From a virus, in the IMG/VR virus record IMGVR_UViG_3300044451_000434, positions 1-64,000 of that record: DNA of 64,000 nucleotides; one strand, given 5' to 3'. The position numbers and the translations under genes are program-made. Shown one piece after another: positions 21,001-28,427 of this stretch. Numbering within the stretch: position 1 is the stretch's first letter; the number at the start of each line of letters is the position of its first letter. Below the pieces are notes generated by a model. The model saw only the letters and a list, made by a program, of their open reading frames with translations, was not told where the DNA came from and did not search any database.

Positions 21001-21373
21001 GCACACAACTTGCACCCAACACAGATCTTGCCATAAAATCGAAATCAACTCTTGCAAAATTGTCCGAATCAACCAATACCACACCAGCGCCAGCATTAAA
21101 AACCCCAGCAATTACAGCGGAGCCAGTCTCAACCGACAAACCAACACCAGTATTAGAAGAGTATAACCCAATTGTTTTTGCATCAGGAGAGACTCCAGAA
21201 GACAGATTTCCCGATAGGGGCTGTGCCTTTGATGGGTCAGAAGAAAAACCCTCGAGGTAAGCAACAGGAGCGTAAGAAGATGAGGTTGCGCCCAAGGATC
21301 CCTTGGCAATCTTCACATATCCGTCTTGGACGAGCCTGTTGAGCAGATCAAACTGATCGTAGTCAGACTTCAT
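9095..21373 (-). CDS. 4092-aa giant protein: 7-blade RCC1/BLIP-II propeller, several glycoside-hydrolase-like barrels, 81-codon Ser-rich tract, Cys-rich C-terminus; putative virion-associated receptor-binding/depolymerase protein
   Basis: Uninterrupted ORF; ATGA overlap with the upstream gene; motifs are given in the sub-features. Confidence 0.9.
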   Translation of the reverse strand: MKSDYDQFDLLNRLVQDGYVKIAKGSLGATSSSYAPVAYLEGFSSDPSKAQPLSGNLSSGVSPDAKTIGLYSSNTGVGLSVETGSAVIAGVFNAGAGVVLVDSDNFARVDFDFMARSVLGASCVLSQQTVTTFEEAKTAVLLIASGTTGCQTDALVMHDPNHFVKSDRGDLGQVLSVLFQVLSSDYGINPISAYEDLFSAASFDHETDFLRIFKTEGDWSTGATATSFSVGKPFLAVAHRLNLLDPLFAAAGCRLNCDFDPWPAVDFMSLDDFNGFNMWDTGWNQSETSSGGYLWLRGWPYQKPSGRSPISRRVRPFVVIDRWGSPHPTAPPNNDFDNLTLKYKRLKFSGESHIVEDVSEVFTCQKDAQIDSICVNASAGDYSFKVTDPAFAGDGNRPQNYAVNRWLINSHSSTPPASQLPWSATITHSVFYDAVRYAIDGGNMNDIIMPGLLCDRGYFGFDASNPQPKPIPSGQRGYYPVDIPFCHSWKGDYRSRVEPSDPHSWRYPVWFQPDLQEYTYTDFGGSSRTVRLPSLFHDNLIKFYCGTLDASGQPTASGGGFIQYMIRKLCWYAKQPPNVPNVNAIGQRLFANVDASSIGSDPYRLPFDLSRDGNLLDYIIYDFIVEFAGDKTGTLWDWIQVVRGYGLMDEWLIRQTTNPKWSNLSWNGFTGVISILEAGNGRYGSSLTGSRSISEGLRSLVETRWDGSVEHPMLSRLQLVVSILENEVFALITKAIEVTLKAEGCMRPESSLPYYGYQCVSRLDADTTFKVGQFPERYGENYTSISVGHSPIIFYTLKDGSLRWVTTQDNFAGYDLLPPSELASLKYRQIAVGYGVVVGLTTDGNVVAWGGPALEHCDVTASEAAEAFTEQLASLGRTVKKIAAGGSHFLALLDNGSVVAWGDNSSAQLSDPNTVWTKVGSIPRPTAGDATLITNHIPYIDFEYKQDASSYLGYFPCITDDQDSCVLDASGDPVLQGNSCQISPQNRKYRLFRFNSLGCPFRGGDLPNSNFDTPSTSYPAPSATSWAGIVNWETDTGAPNDYQFARSTVASGVNVSLDGSWLSSAENISTGNSQGYTNSSGSLIPNSIFGTSGQSYIDISAGRFHNLLLTDDGNIETWGGNFFYAVTGSGLQTNEYVRMGSGRPNATAEASTSKWIENGREYPYPNAPPGDNTAPTVKTLKTTANSVSAISCGYYNNYAIRPDGSIFAWDRNEWGESLPNGGIPSGPFKQVAGGYHHAVALRRDGTVACWGENNDGECVVPVQFQNATTSDCVWVGAGQRFTVALKADGTLYAWGDLSKLVSSSTQGMRINLAERIYLPGTPLISANPGSDGTISNQLSWQGKYSLFECAGDIPTDVIYSGYSQYWLFTQFVDVSNMQSGLINTFYHGSSQYEVGTIDDQSSWPLVLMGGSGNYGGFLRLKTDGKLSSGTNSDDRSGPEETFNQTQLPGSRLTWVGNGARQNVPTANGFSSFTKALALVQSDNFISPPTPARSAMEPFADLKYGIYAIKQCAYSHPSQTCLAWVEWPGGFARPDVSPVGFIWNEADRQLPGESWPSRWHGGGVRSRELVHGWMWWEKMVHAMLVAQGHPLFTFWYGSAERIFTGKYAVVAEGIEDTVFNSTTVNAVLGDIERAVGSRRRWSIAFRHEYQFSFAETDSSDTPQSLVDGTIPPLTDAQMKPCITCVKVEETDDGSSPAYLLFRLSVPTPTEVPDISPNEQYPPNNRILNLKKFVVSVRSGSEEIARLRPNPKRPCGMWFSMPYEEGMTPPTFEMVEDTGVVSRRDGLTTYRLEGTKVAGYANASATTSGVKDTSWYRESRFSLHTQWSGLNCVLLYDQNVRNMKGAAISGSDCEVCLLSNCSAPNLSSASLSFYKRKHSTGSSTFESSSLPSCGAATAAKLAGARAAFSSAFNIDAQVRAAAQWNPDFAIVFLRSSDEPMWFPKPASTPSTDWDWSRDGATFNQWKLFANDGTVAGAVGMAMDPMAEYVAASIKYGIRLIAYFKMFSSIELDVQANNTNTSLTRFGITAPSGGWKISEVFHKATDIFGNLITASEHGNSGMTLLSIMSPSTRALMADWCKEVARQGLAKDVSNEPILGSDGYPLGVRGMYWDSMPIDPFRGDFSEDTVSWATYEGLFENFNQEFQIPKPDPSIFPFPLTYEKANNLGLVSLWTWLSNQNTTNITDLLSLDNPSVNWIESSQTNPVTFKSEVRRYLEWLRKKEKEFMNFIADTMKSYGHPDFAIIPAGIHSGHSYSIFANQHDSAYYSAGFKSELGVEQILDLRMPSNNTSPSTPPDMWLAQIADMLMSRSRDGKPSLMWQPLTLWSPSESDALRPPTDTEQSLVTCTSNLDSAYQAASGRFTFLGGKGIVRDHAIRGFLENKLLITWACGNIFDAMYFSGAGYSGENPDSLTGVENNDTSLPSDNASVYIRRLASMASSLKDGGLPKAKRSRVPWVAVVHSPEAAFGASIQGGVANAKWQQYYWPLMGAIHTCVDNGVPVSVVQDDSLDLYDELGIGVLVIPFARSAVPAATAKILNRFNGGVIWMQEEFLDSPDPGALVPPPLATLKNEFYDTSLMAGLSITKAKNSRNLLWNLIKIRGGEPPISATIGPSSGGEFPNPLAVPCHGFEVCVGDGSAQHMIITSATDLGWTDMTKHMNPIQYSTRKHLLENIPSGARSILSMCSSSAFIVADSFYKTTYTGSDQLIPLEHMPLLGKLNFYAGTPRTWGRYVRFNFKFSSTQLPVRARQFLLNKERGKFDPIDMVIEGGYSEMNDMIGVRTVEGVSITPCSYDLGSVIDVQLRDRVKDDDVTEFIVRAGQGSQFDPCPYPGLSCNSINMLRCLFDWLANAAEEDDKIIVRMYCDGSENDPDVSKIVLAKPIFEDLHASVVANPSAWQRVIDEPNSLTGFSSYCPLGFVVARDRVGNPSSPTDVTRIVTGIEFRGSYGSSTLAGMLPSLAGIVPYCSSESPLPPEVFCSDSEAVYTLTPEDQLMRDHILAKRSWANSLGAKPMLFVREDSSPSSQYRNIDDNGMPIPSGIIRYVNDLKSNIASDTAIGFASEITHVIIDLKSIFRSDNVDSDVFNRHSRWVSNPIDMIDPNDTLGSRDQILRELAAINGLLLETIAKLKTIHPSVKFGICGLGNFTINGNVGAAYFESSRFVSAETNVDIRQSSSWARQGVATRISEAYGPLLDAVDFVAVECTPASPTIISRQQISTKVGVATDAILHHYSQSKKTPRPIYVTNIGVFIFPTIPSYATHNCKMSKSQFNSSCIQPFMRHKIDGFIFDAIERDLKRSDFAGCPLVGGAIFSKTCWELGTVTCSSIAKAEYVASYNIQSMVSELANRTADPTRIVRPIWAGTWRGPVSASLDADVIDQTSADLTMYTYVKPIVPLYGPTSTSTFTDGGQSAPATFINTDRFNAVVSLLKKLPSGMRSLRMHYFYKAGVNKRMFYDNLGTPDQFVISSGVNVPSIWASNGVTAVKNAWTTIVGALKNQSAPLDHLVFDYEMRGIFTNWSLDADRVNSYANRPEFSKSWFGVASWKYWFTDGGRFDFNAQLEQLISSLSGPHPQNTPAYHYWNRGVSAIDAANLYEAFMPIGKAQYPGLSMTNYHAYSIAPWDHSYDANGHYDMQQGLAGNASSPYLYGQWYFPNTYSVATDDPTRLVRLDQSNATTTPFGRTPWNSLLLALQTLRAINRSCGGSPIRPWIAPRSWDGDDSGEVGFVNSSMWDELLRHACITGIDHIYSWEPDEFPQNSRADTFSRINSILIDINERLGGFSPYVAANQRLSFNSDFIVSGAQAVAGQNISKWVWRVTRSSDSIQLYETGVGLINMDADGGAWFVTDTSSPPLITTDFSSSSSSSSSSSSSYLSSSSSSSSKSSSSSSSSSSSSSSSSSSSSSSFNSNSSSSSSNSSSSSSSSSSSSSRSSSSSSSSSSYAYETPCIPSSVTLDVAAIIVELENLNDDTFLSVTSICTNNSYTRIYRTSKVIDMFKILSAPLGSSRIDTDNPYVSLATYDGPCSGFSIVNFEFSQLSVCEFLSDILDIPEDCCSQSGSSSSSSSSNPPIKGLLEIGLPTRIPKLVISVSEIPDIDDLST
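9578..9820 (-). repeat. Long poly-serine tract (81 codons, mostly Ser) built from degenerate tandem units; a short second tract lies near 9200-9228
   Basis: Translation SSSSSSSSSSSSSYLSSSS...; recurring + strand unit GAACTTGAGGAACTGCT(G/T)CTTGAAGA. Confidence 0.95.
9930..11330 (-). other. Glycoside-hydrolase-like (TIM-barrel-like) domain, best-preserved copy of the local paralogous family
   Basis: IWASNGV..LDHLVFDYE..YHYWN..QYPGLSMTNY..DANGH..SSPYLYG..IRPWIAP..WDELLRH..IYSWEP: alternating beta/alpha pattern, acidic residues at strand ends, many aromatics. Family not assignable by eye. Confidence 0.5.
13750..15640 (-). other. GHL6/GH29/GH42-like TIM barrel followed by a class-I GATase-like (GH42 trimerisation-type) domain
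   Basis: DPMAEYVAASIKYGIRLIAYF..SPSTRALMADWCKEVA..GVRGMYWD, then VAVVHS..GAIHTCVDNGVPVSVVQDDSL..GVLVIP. Confidence 0.6.
17480..19030 (-). other. RCC1/BLIP-II seven-bladed beta-propeller
   Basis: Seven repeats: SISVGHSPIIFYTLKDGSL, QIAVGYGVVVGLTTDGNVVAWG, KIAAGGSHFLALLDNGSVVAWGDN, DISAGRFHNLLLTDDGNIETWGGN, AISCGYYNNYAIRPDGSIFAW, QVAGGYHHAVALRRDGTVACWGEN, WVGAGQRFTVALKADGTLYAWG. Confidence 0.92.
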
Positions 21374-23085
21374 CGCACTATATCAACCGTTCCTGCTGAG
21401 GAAACAGACCAATCAGTAGACGCTGAAGCCATATGTCTAGCGTTTGTGTCGGCGAGCGCCCTGAGGTGGCGGGTTAGAAGATGTGTCCATTCCACCTTCT
21501 CCCATCTCAAGATGGCAACAATTTGCCTTGTAATGAGTGATGAACTTGAGGCAACATAATTTGCATTTTTATTATTATACCGACCAGATGATACGGACAT
21601 GCCCTGCACAGGATTTTTTACAGGCAAATCTGGATAAATAAATCTCAAAGACGACCATGCTGCTTGATCGTCTACACAAGAAGATATTGTACCTTTCCAG
21701 TCAATCATGCGAGATCCGTCCAAGTCCGACCAAAATATGTCATGCATGCAGTTGCCAAGTTCTGGATCTGCAAGTTCGTGGTTCCATGCAAAACCAACTG
21801 CATTTTCGTGACCAAGCTCATCTCTTTTTTCGTCAATCGGCCTAGAAATCATCCTTCTCCCCAAAAATTGATACTCAAGAGACCTTCTTGCGGTAAATCT
21901 GTCGGAATTTGAGCTTGAGGTGGCTGCAGATATAATTTCTTCCATATTGTCGCCAATAACAAAATCTAAGACCTTGCCGCCGCCGTCATAAATTCCGCGT
22001 AGAAGAGGCCTTATATATTCGTCTATAAAATATTCAGGGATTGGCAGCATACCATACCATGAGCTACCCATCAAGGCGTTCGGCAAAACTGAAGAAACGC
22101 AAAGTATGATAGAATCTTGCTGACCTATGGTTTTTGCAAAACGCGCCAAAGAGAGACCAGACTCCCTAGCTGCCAATTTGCAAGAATCAGACAATATCTG
22201 ATATTGAAAATTTGTTTTTGCATCTTTTGCGCCAACTGCCCTGAATGTGGAACCGTGAGGAAGTTTTGTTGAATTTATCAAATCTACCCAACCATGTGGC
22301 ATCCCAGAACTCATATGAACAAAAAAATTGCCTCGAGAATTTGAATTATACAAATATGAGCCCTTGGAGGAGGTGAAAGCTTCCACAAATGGCATCTTCA
22401 AGCCAAATCCAGAAATCCCGCAAGCAATCGCAAAGTTTTTTTGCAATTCAGATCTGAAGTTGCTGTTGCCAATACTGAAAGCAGCATCCCTGATCACCCC
22501 ATATGACATCGTTGAATCAGAACTTATGAAATCAGCACATGCCGGAGGTATCACGCTAGTTTTTTTCCTTGTGGCAGCCAAAGCCAAATCGCAATTTCTT
22601 CTTGCATCCATAACCAAAGATTCAATAACAGAAAAATACATCTCATCAGATGTCAAAGAAATATTTGATATGCCTTCAGTTCTCCTGAAGCCACGAACCA
22701 CCTCATGCGCCCTGCGCAGGTGTGCGCCAGACTCAGAAGTCATACCTTTGATCATTTCTTGAGCATTGAACCTTCTGCCGGTTATAATTTTTAGATATTC
22801 GGAATTTGGCTGCAAAAAAAGATTTTCACCTTCACAATCACGAAATTGATTGTTAGACAATTTGTCATTCAAGCTTGGCAAGCCGTCACCATTACCATAA
22901 GATCCAGCAAATCCATCAATGCACGGCGTGACGGTACACCCAACAGAGGATAGCGACTCCACAGATGTGCTACCTACAACACCATACGGCACACCTGATG
23001 CACTGCAGAAACATCCGACGAAATTTTCGGCCTGCTCTGAATCGCACCTGAATCCAAGCCTGTTAGATGGCATCAAAACCCTCAT
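21370..23085 (-). CDS. Hypothetical protein, 571 aa; C-terminal part possibly a degenerate copy of the local GH-like domain
   Basis: ATGA overlaps at both ends; GKVLDFVIGDNME..LRFIYPDLPVKN loosely echoes PLDHLVFDYE..KAQYPGLSMTN. Confidence 0.8.
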   Translation of the reverse strand: MRVLMPSNRLGFRCDSEQAENFVGCFCSASGVPYGVVGSTSVESLSSVGCTVTPCIDGFAGSYGNGDGLPSLNDKLSNNQFRDCEGENLFLQPNSEYLKIITGRRFNAQEMIKGMTSESGAHLRRAHEVVRGFRRTEGISNISLTSDEMYFSVIESLVMDARRNCDLALAATRKKTSVIPPACADFISSDSTMSYGVIRDAAFSIGNSNFRSELQKNFAIACGISGFGLKMPFVEAFTSSKGSYLYNSNSRGNFFVHMSSGMPHGWVDLINSTKLPHGSTFRAVGAKDAKTNFQYQILSDSCKLAARESGLSLARFAKTIGQQDSIILCVSSVLPNALMGSSWYGMLPIPEYFIDEYIRPLLRGIYDGGGKVLDFVIGDNMEEIISAATSSSNSDRFTARRSLEYQFLGRRMISRPIDEKRDELGHENAVGFAWNHELADPELGNCMHDIFWSDLDGSRMIDWKGTISSCVDDQAAWSSLRFIYPDLPVKNPVQGMSVSSGRYNNKNANYVASSSSLITRQIVAILRWEKVEWTHLLTRHLRALADTNARHMASASTDWSVSSAGTVDIVR

Positions 23086-25412
23086 TGGTAATATTCCTCA
23101 TCATCAGATTTGGAAGTTCGCAGGTAAACAGTTGGATTGAAATTACCAGCATAAACTCCCCACCACGGGGCCTGGTCTATAGGTTGAGCAGTCCCGCCAG
23201 AATATCCTTGTATGGCTACAGGGTTGGGATCGCCATCATCCACAACAATTTCAGAGTCATCCACCCCAAAACCAAACCTTTCTCTTTCTCCGCCAAAACG
23301 CCATGAGCAGTCACCGACGGGAGAAGAGAGATACCAATCTGAAAGCTGATCTCCATCAGATGAGCATTTGGTCAAAACACGAACCCCTTCTGACAGAGGA
23401 GGCACATCCTTATGTCCCTGTCCGAATATACCGACATGTGGAATACCAATACGTGGAGATGGAGTAAGTGATGGTGAACTAAAATTATTGTACTGCACCA
23501 TGCTGAATAGCGGAGATGCATCTTTATGATCGCATATATTTTGAGAAGATTTCGGAGTTAATCCTGGAGAAGAAACAGAACATCCAACAAAATGATGAAC
23601 CAACATTTTGCCTACAGATTCGTTAAGAGCAAAAGCAGCAGCAGCTCGGGCTACATCCATGTACCACTTTGCAAACGCTCTGTTACCAACAAAATCAAAT
23701 GCAGATCTGTTCTGAAATACATTATTTGCGGTGAATGTTTTGTCTAACTGACCACCTGGCAAGTAAGATTTTACTGAGTAGATTCTTGAAAATTCCGAAC
23801 ATGCTAACAGCGTTTTCTCTGATCCAAAAATATCTGCAATCACTTCCCGCTCCCACCTGCTGTCAAAAATATGGCTTTCCCAATTTCCATAATATGTTAT
23901 GCCGTCCACGACTTTTGGCTGAGATACTGCACTGTTGATATCTACGGGCAATTTTGAATTGAAAACAACACACCAAGGAGATTGGACGCCTACGCCTATA
24001 AAAACAGCCCACCTCTGGCGCACAGTCTCAAACCTGTATATGAATTTTGACATCCAAGATCTGCAAGATAAAATCCCATTATAGTTGAACAAGCTATCTC
24101 TAGGATTCTGTATAGATTTGCCAGATGGAGGCAAAGACAAGGCATCTCCAGCATGTTCGGTGAGCCTGCACTCCTCGTAATGTGTATCTACGACTTGAGA
24201 AGAACCGCCACGCCCCCAATCTGAAAAAACTAACACGGAAGCAAACTCGCCCAAGTAATCACGCTGGGGATGACTACTCCACTCTTCCGCAAGAATGCCT
24301 ATAGCAGCATCAGCAGCTTTGCATGCCCCATAAGAGCCATATGCAGATGGCGAAGAAATCTTGGAAGACAAGATTCCAGCACTAGTAAATGGCATCAATG
24401 GATCTTCGTAGTACGGCTGTCTTGCTGCATAATACGAAGGAAGATTACAGACACCACCTGCTTCATTCGCGCTACTTGAGCAGTCTATGTTTGCAGGTGC
24501 GACTATACTCGGAATAGACTTCGCGATACTGCTAAAAAATGAATGACAAGAACCAACGCCAACATGAGATCTGCGACCGGCTAGAGATGGGACAATAAAT
24601 TTCTTAGATTTTGCGCCCAAATCTTTAACACGACGCTCTTCGTCAAGATAGGCATCTACTATATATTTCCAATCAGACGAAAGAGAAGAAACAGATGGTT
24701 TCCAGCATGGAACATATCCCCAATTTACACAAGAGCGAATCACTCTTTCTGACAAGTCTTCCGATTCTATCGTCACAACTGATTCAACTGAAGCCCTCAC
24801 ATTAGCACTCGCCCATCCACTTACTGGTAAAGTGCTGTCAGAAACAGCCACTGGTAGGTCGTACCACTCAGGCAAATCACACGCTCCGCTAGTGGACACA
24901 TACGGATTGCCAGAATTGTCTCGCCACAAGTAAAACAACATATGTCGTTCAAGTATTTGCTTTAAAAGGCGATTTGTGCAACTGTCATACGGATCGTATG
25001 GATCAGAGGGCTTTGGCATGTTGTCCGACACTATAGCGGTGATTCCGTTGTTTACAAGCTTAGGTAACTCATAATCCATAAAACTGCCACTAAGCAAACT
25101 AGTTTGAGCGGCCATATGGTAGCCTAAATCATAGCGCACACCGACAGTAACGGGATGACTGCAAGACTGAACAAAAGAATACACCAAACTAAGCCAAGAT
25201 GTGCAAATCTCGTTTTGCACTTCATAATAGGGATCGGATGCAATTCCAATTGCGTTGCCGCATGGTGATACCACAAACCTTCTCACACCCCACCCATACG
25301 CTTTTTTTAAAGAAGAAATAAAAAAATCTTCGGACATATACAGTCTAGAAAAATCTACAATAAATCTCCTATCTATTGCATAATGCGCATAAGTAGTTGC
25401 AATTTCAGTCAT
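23082..25412 (-). CDS. Hypothetical protein, 776 aa; paralog of the N-terminal part of the 1333-aa protein (GH-like barrel family)
   Basis: ATGA overlaps at both ends; colinear blocks shared with 45393..49394 (KAAD, NGI..W..KF..RF, NRAF..WY). Confidence 0.85.
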   Translation of the reverse strand: MTEIATTYAHYAIDRRFIVDFSRLYMSEDFFISSLKKAYGWGVRRFVVSPCGNAIGIASDPYYEVQNEICTSWLSLVYSFVQSCSHPVTVGVRYDLGYHMAAQTSLLSGSFMDYELPKLVNNGITAIVSDNMPKPSDPYDPYDSCTNRLLKQILERHMLFYLWRDNSGNPYVSTSGACDLPEWYDLPVAVSDSTLPVSGWASANVRASVESVVTIESEDLSERVIRSCVNWGYVPCWKPSVSSLSSDWKYIVDAYLDEERRVKDLGAKSKKFIVPSLAGRRSHVGVGSCHSFFSSIAKSIPSIVAPANIDCSSSANEAGGVCNLPSYYAARQPYYEDPLMPFTSAGILSSKISSPSAYGSYGACKAADAAIGILAEEWSSHPQRDYLGEFASVLVFSDWGRGGSSQVVDTHYEECRLTEHAGDALSLPPSGKSIQNPRDSLFNYNGILSCRSWMSKFIYRFETVRQRWAVFIGVGVQSPWCVVFNSKLPVDINSAVSQPKVVDGITYYGNWESHIFDSRWEREVIADIFGSEKTLLACSEFSRIYSVKSYLPGGQLDKTFTANNVFQNRSAFDFVGNRAFAKWYMDVARAAAAFALNESVGKMLVHHFVGCSVSSPGLTPKSSQNICDHKDASPLFSMVQYNNFSSPSLTPSPRIGIPHVGIFGQGHKDVPPLSEGVRVLTKCSSDGDQLSDWYLSSPVGDCSWRFGGERERFGFGVDDSEIVVDDGDPNPVAIQGYSGGTAQPIDQAPWWGVYAGNFNPTVYLRTSKSDDEEYYQ

Positions 25413-28400
25413 GATAATGGAACTCCAGAAACAATCCTGTTTAATCTGTTTTCATCTATATACTTCCACATGTTGAATCCAACAACAGCGATCCTACCAC
25501 CAACTTCTATCAAATGATGCACGCAATCTATTCCAGTCGCCTGAGGCGTTTCTGCCTCAAAACTTGTTTGCGAAAATTCTATATTATTGTCAAAAGTATA
25601 CTTTACAACGCATGTATAACCATTTGCGAATCCGCAAATCATGTAATCATCTCGCAAAGAACCGTTTTGAGAAATTGACCTGAACACCAATATAGAATTG
25701 CAAGCAACTCCAGACATAGAAACTCCATCAGGAGATTCGGGTATTTCTAAAAGTCTTGGTGGATTATTAGAGTTACTAGAGGCACCAACAGCCAACATTT
25801 TATCATAAACCACACCACTTTTTCCTCCATAAACCAAAAACTCTTCCTCGGAGTGGAGGCCTTGATATGTACGATGGCCTCTGAATTTTACAAGAACATA
25901 AGGTGTAGTAAGAAGTGAATCTCGTGATTTTGCAAATCTTAAACCGTCTAGAGACCAGGCAAAATTTGATCCTGAAGAAATCACAGTAGGCGTGCCATCG
26001 AATATATGGTTTATTTTTTCGAGCTGATTGTCTTCATTAAAATCTAAACCTCCACGACGAACAAATGAAATTGAAACATTTGTTTTGGAGTATATGATAT
26101 TTGATGTTGCCACAATGTATGTTTGTCCGTTTTTTCCGCCGGCGACAATCAATCCGACAACACCTTCGAGGGGCACAACTCGACTAGACATCTCAAATTG
26201 ATCATATTCAAGTATTTTGCTTGGGCTATAGGCAACAATTAGGTTGCCGTAAATAGCCAACTTGAAAGCGAATCCGTGATCAAGCCAGCCTGGTGGAGCG
26301 GATGTCATATGACCAGAAGATGCATCAACGAACAAAACTCCAACATCGGTAGAAAATGCGATCAAATTGTGGTTTATCAAATATACTGCAGAAAGAACAA
26401 AAGAAGGCGATTTAGAAAGGCCATACGACCACCTCACGGCTGTATGACCAACAGTAGATATTTTAGCGTCCATCCAAGACATATCTGCTGCATCATGCAG
26501 TGATGTTTTTTCTGTGCCCCTCGTGGGATCAACGCCTGTTTCTATTTTAATTGATGCTGCATTATGAAGCATGTTTATTCGCATAGCTTCTGCCATCTTT
26601 AATGTAAGTCCTGAATTACTGCCTTCAAGACTATCTTCTATAACCCTGTGAGTAACCTCTCCAGAATCATTCCATCTCTTTGCCAAAACTACGCCCTCAA
26701 CCTTATCTCCCTTGCCAACTCTAGAGCCATCTATGAAACGCATTTGACCCAAGGTCGGCAACGCCTGCCCAACCACAACTGCCCCAGCTTGCTCAAAATC
26801 TATGGGCAAAGAATCTCCGTGCCCACCTCCAAAAATAGATGTTTCAGTCAATATTCCAAATTCTGAATCTATTGTGGATTGGCTATTTGAAGCTAGATAT
26901 GCTTCTCTGTCAAAATAGTCGGGACACTGAGAGATATCAAAAGGCGGGTTGCAATTAACTCCATAAATTGAGCTAGAACTAGAAGAACTAGAAATAGAAG
27001 AACTAGAACTTGAAGAAGATGAAGAAGACGAAGAGTAGGATGAATCTAAATCTACAAAAAAAGCGCTCGTGTGAATAATATCTGTATCTGATATGTTTTT
27101 GTCAGGATTACTGTTTTGTGTATTAGTGATTTGCCAAGATAAATCACTTAATATTATCTCTAGAACTCTTTTCATGTTAGGGGTCAAGAGAGAAACACCA
27201 GTACTTATGGTAGAAGTTATTGCTCTGTCATCAAAACTACATATGGAATTACCGTCAAACGCAGGCGGCGTGCAAGAAAAAAATCCATTAGAATTTATAG
27301 TTAATCCGTAAGTGGTTCCGCCCCACAAAGCCGCACCCATAAAAATCGTGCCCTCGCTGTGTTTATGAAGAAAAAGACTTCCAGAATCGCCAGCTGCCAC
27401 GCAGTGTTGCATGTCTGTAAGTTGAACCCCCGACGGCATGGCTGCCCAAGGGGAATTTACAGAATTAGCCTGAGTGATCTGACCAGAACTGGTTAATCTC
27501 ATAGCTGAAACAGTAAACCAAGAATTATTTACAAAAGCTAGAGCGCTATTGGTAGGGAAATGAATGTTTGGATATTGAGTGAAGCCAAGCCGTATTGGAT
27601 TTATTTCATTAGGAACTGGATTTTTAAATACCTGAACAACTGCATCGTGAAATTGATTCCAAGTAATTGCCGGAATATCTGGATATCTTTGACTTACAGT
27701 ATTTCCATTATTGTTCTCGTACCATTCAGGATATCTATTCAATACCATGACGCCGTTGCCAAGAGTAGTGTATCTGCAACAATCAGTAGATCCCTGCTCT
27801 GTGTTAGTTCTCTTGATGATAGTAAATCTCGTGCTGTCAGTGCATGCATACATGGTGCTTGTGGTCGGAGGGTAATGCTCGCACATGAGCAGATGCTGTC
27901 TAGTAATTAGTACGGCGATCCTTGACCCCATACCATTTCTGTGACCCCTAGGTGTTTCTGTCCTTCTCGCATACACCAAACCAGTGTAGTCCATAGACAG
28001 CGGACTGAAATTAGATCCAGACATACACGCCAAATTAATTTGCGATGGGGTGAATCCATCAGACTCATAATTAAGCAAATCATGTCTTTCTGTATCATAG
28101 TTTGGCTCATCTATAGATTTGCCGAAACGCGGAGAGCCGTCGTTAAAATTTATGAAATCTCCAATAATTTCTGAATAAACATCTGGATTTAACAAGAGTC
28201 GTAGAACATCTCCTTGTTCTATGTGGTCATTTATATCTATTGGTAAAGAACCGAATGTCAAATAAACAGTGTCGCCCAAAACTGAAGAGACCATTGCCAA
28301 AGATCCAACACGCCTACCGGCACCACCCTCTCTAAATGTAAAAATCTCACAAACATCTGTTCTAGAAAATTTTATTGCATCAGCAACTTTGAGACTGACT

Positions 28401-28426
28401 ATGAGGTTGGTGCCAGTGTAATACAT
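25409..28426 (-). CDS. 1005-aa protein: trypsin-like (clan PA) serine protease domain, poly-Ser linker, probable C-terminal beta-propeller
   Basis: AVLITRQHLLMCEH (His184), HDAVVQVFKNPVPNEINPIRL (Asp261), AAGDSGS (Ser348), in the chymotrypsin-clan order. Confidence 0.85.
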   Translation of the reverse strand: MYYTGTNLIVSLKVADAIKFSRTDVCEIFTFREGGAGRRVGSLAMVSSVLGDTVYLTFGSLPIDINDHIEQGDVLRLLLNPDVYSEIIGDFINFNDGSPRFGKSIDEPNYDTERHDLLNYESDGFTPSQINLACMSGSNFSPLSMDYTGLVYARRTETPRGHRNGMGSRIAVLITRQHLLMCEHYPPTTSTMYACTDSTRFTIIKRTNTEQGSTDCCRYTTLGNGVMVLNRYPEWYENNNGNTVSQRYPDIPAITWNQFHDAVVQVFKNPVPNEINPIRLGFTQYPNIHFPTNSALAFVNNSWFTVSAMRLTSSGQITQANSVNSPWAAMPSGVQLTDMQHCVAAGDSGSLFLHKHSEGTIFMGAALWGGTTYGLTINSNGFFSCTPPAFDGNSICSFDDRAITSTISTGVSLLTPNMKRVLEIILSDLSWQITNTQNSNPDKNISDTDIIHTSAFFVDLDSSYSSSSSSSSSSSSSISSSSSSSSIYGVNCNPPFDISQCPDYFDREAYLASNSQSTIDSEFGILTETSIFGGGHGDSLPIDFEQAGAVVVGQALPTLGQMRFIDGSRVGKGDKVEGVVLAKRWNDSGEVTHRVIEDSLEGSNSGLTLKMAEAMRINMLHNAASIKIETGVDPTRGTEKTSLHDAADMSWMDAKISTVGHTAVRWSYGLSKSPSFVLSAVYLINHNLIAFSTDVGVLFVDASSGHMTSAPPGWLDHGFAFKLAIYGNLIVAYSPSKILEYDQFEMSSRVVPLEGVVGLIVAGGKNGQTYIVATSNIIYSKTNVSISFVRRGGLDFNEDNQLEKINHIFDGTPTVISSGSNFAWSLDGLRFAKSRDSLLTTPYVLVKFRGHRTYQGLHSEEEFLVYGGKSGVVYDKMLAVGASSNSNNPPRLLEIPESPDGVSMSGVACNSILVFRSISQNGSLRDDYMICGFANGYTCVVKYTFDNNIEFSQTSFEAETPQATGIDCVHHLIEVGGRIAVVGFNMWKYIDENRLNRIVSGVPLS
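26969..27043 (-). repeat. Poly-serine linker
   Basis: SSYSSSSSSSSSSSSSISSSSSSSS. Confidence 0.9.
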
Positions 28427-28427
28427 T

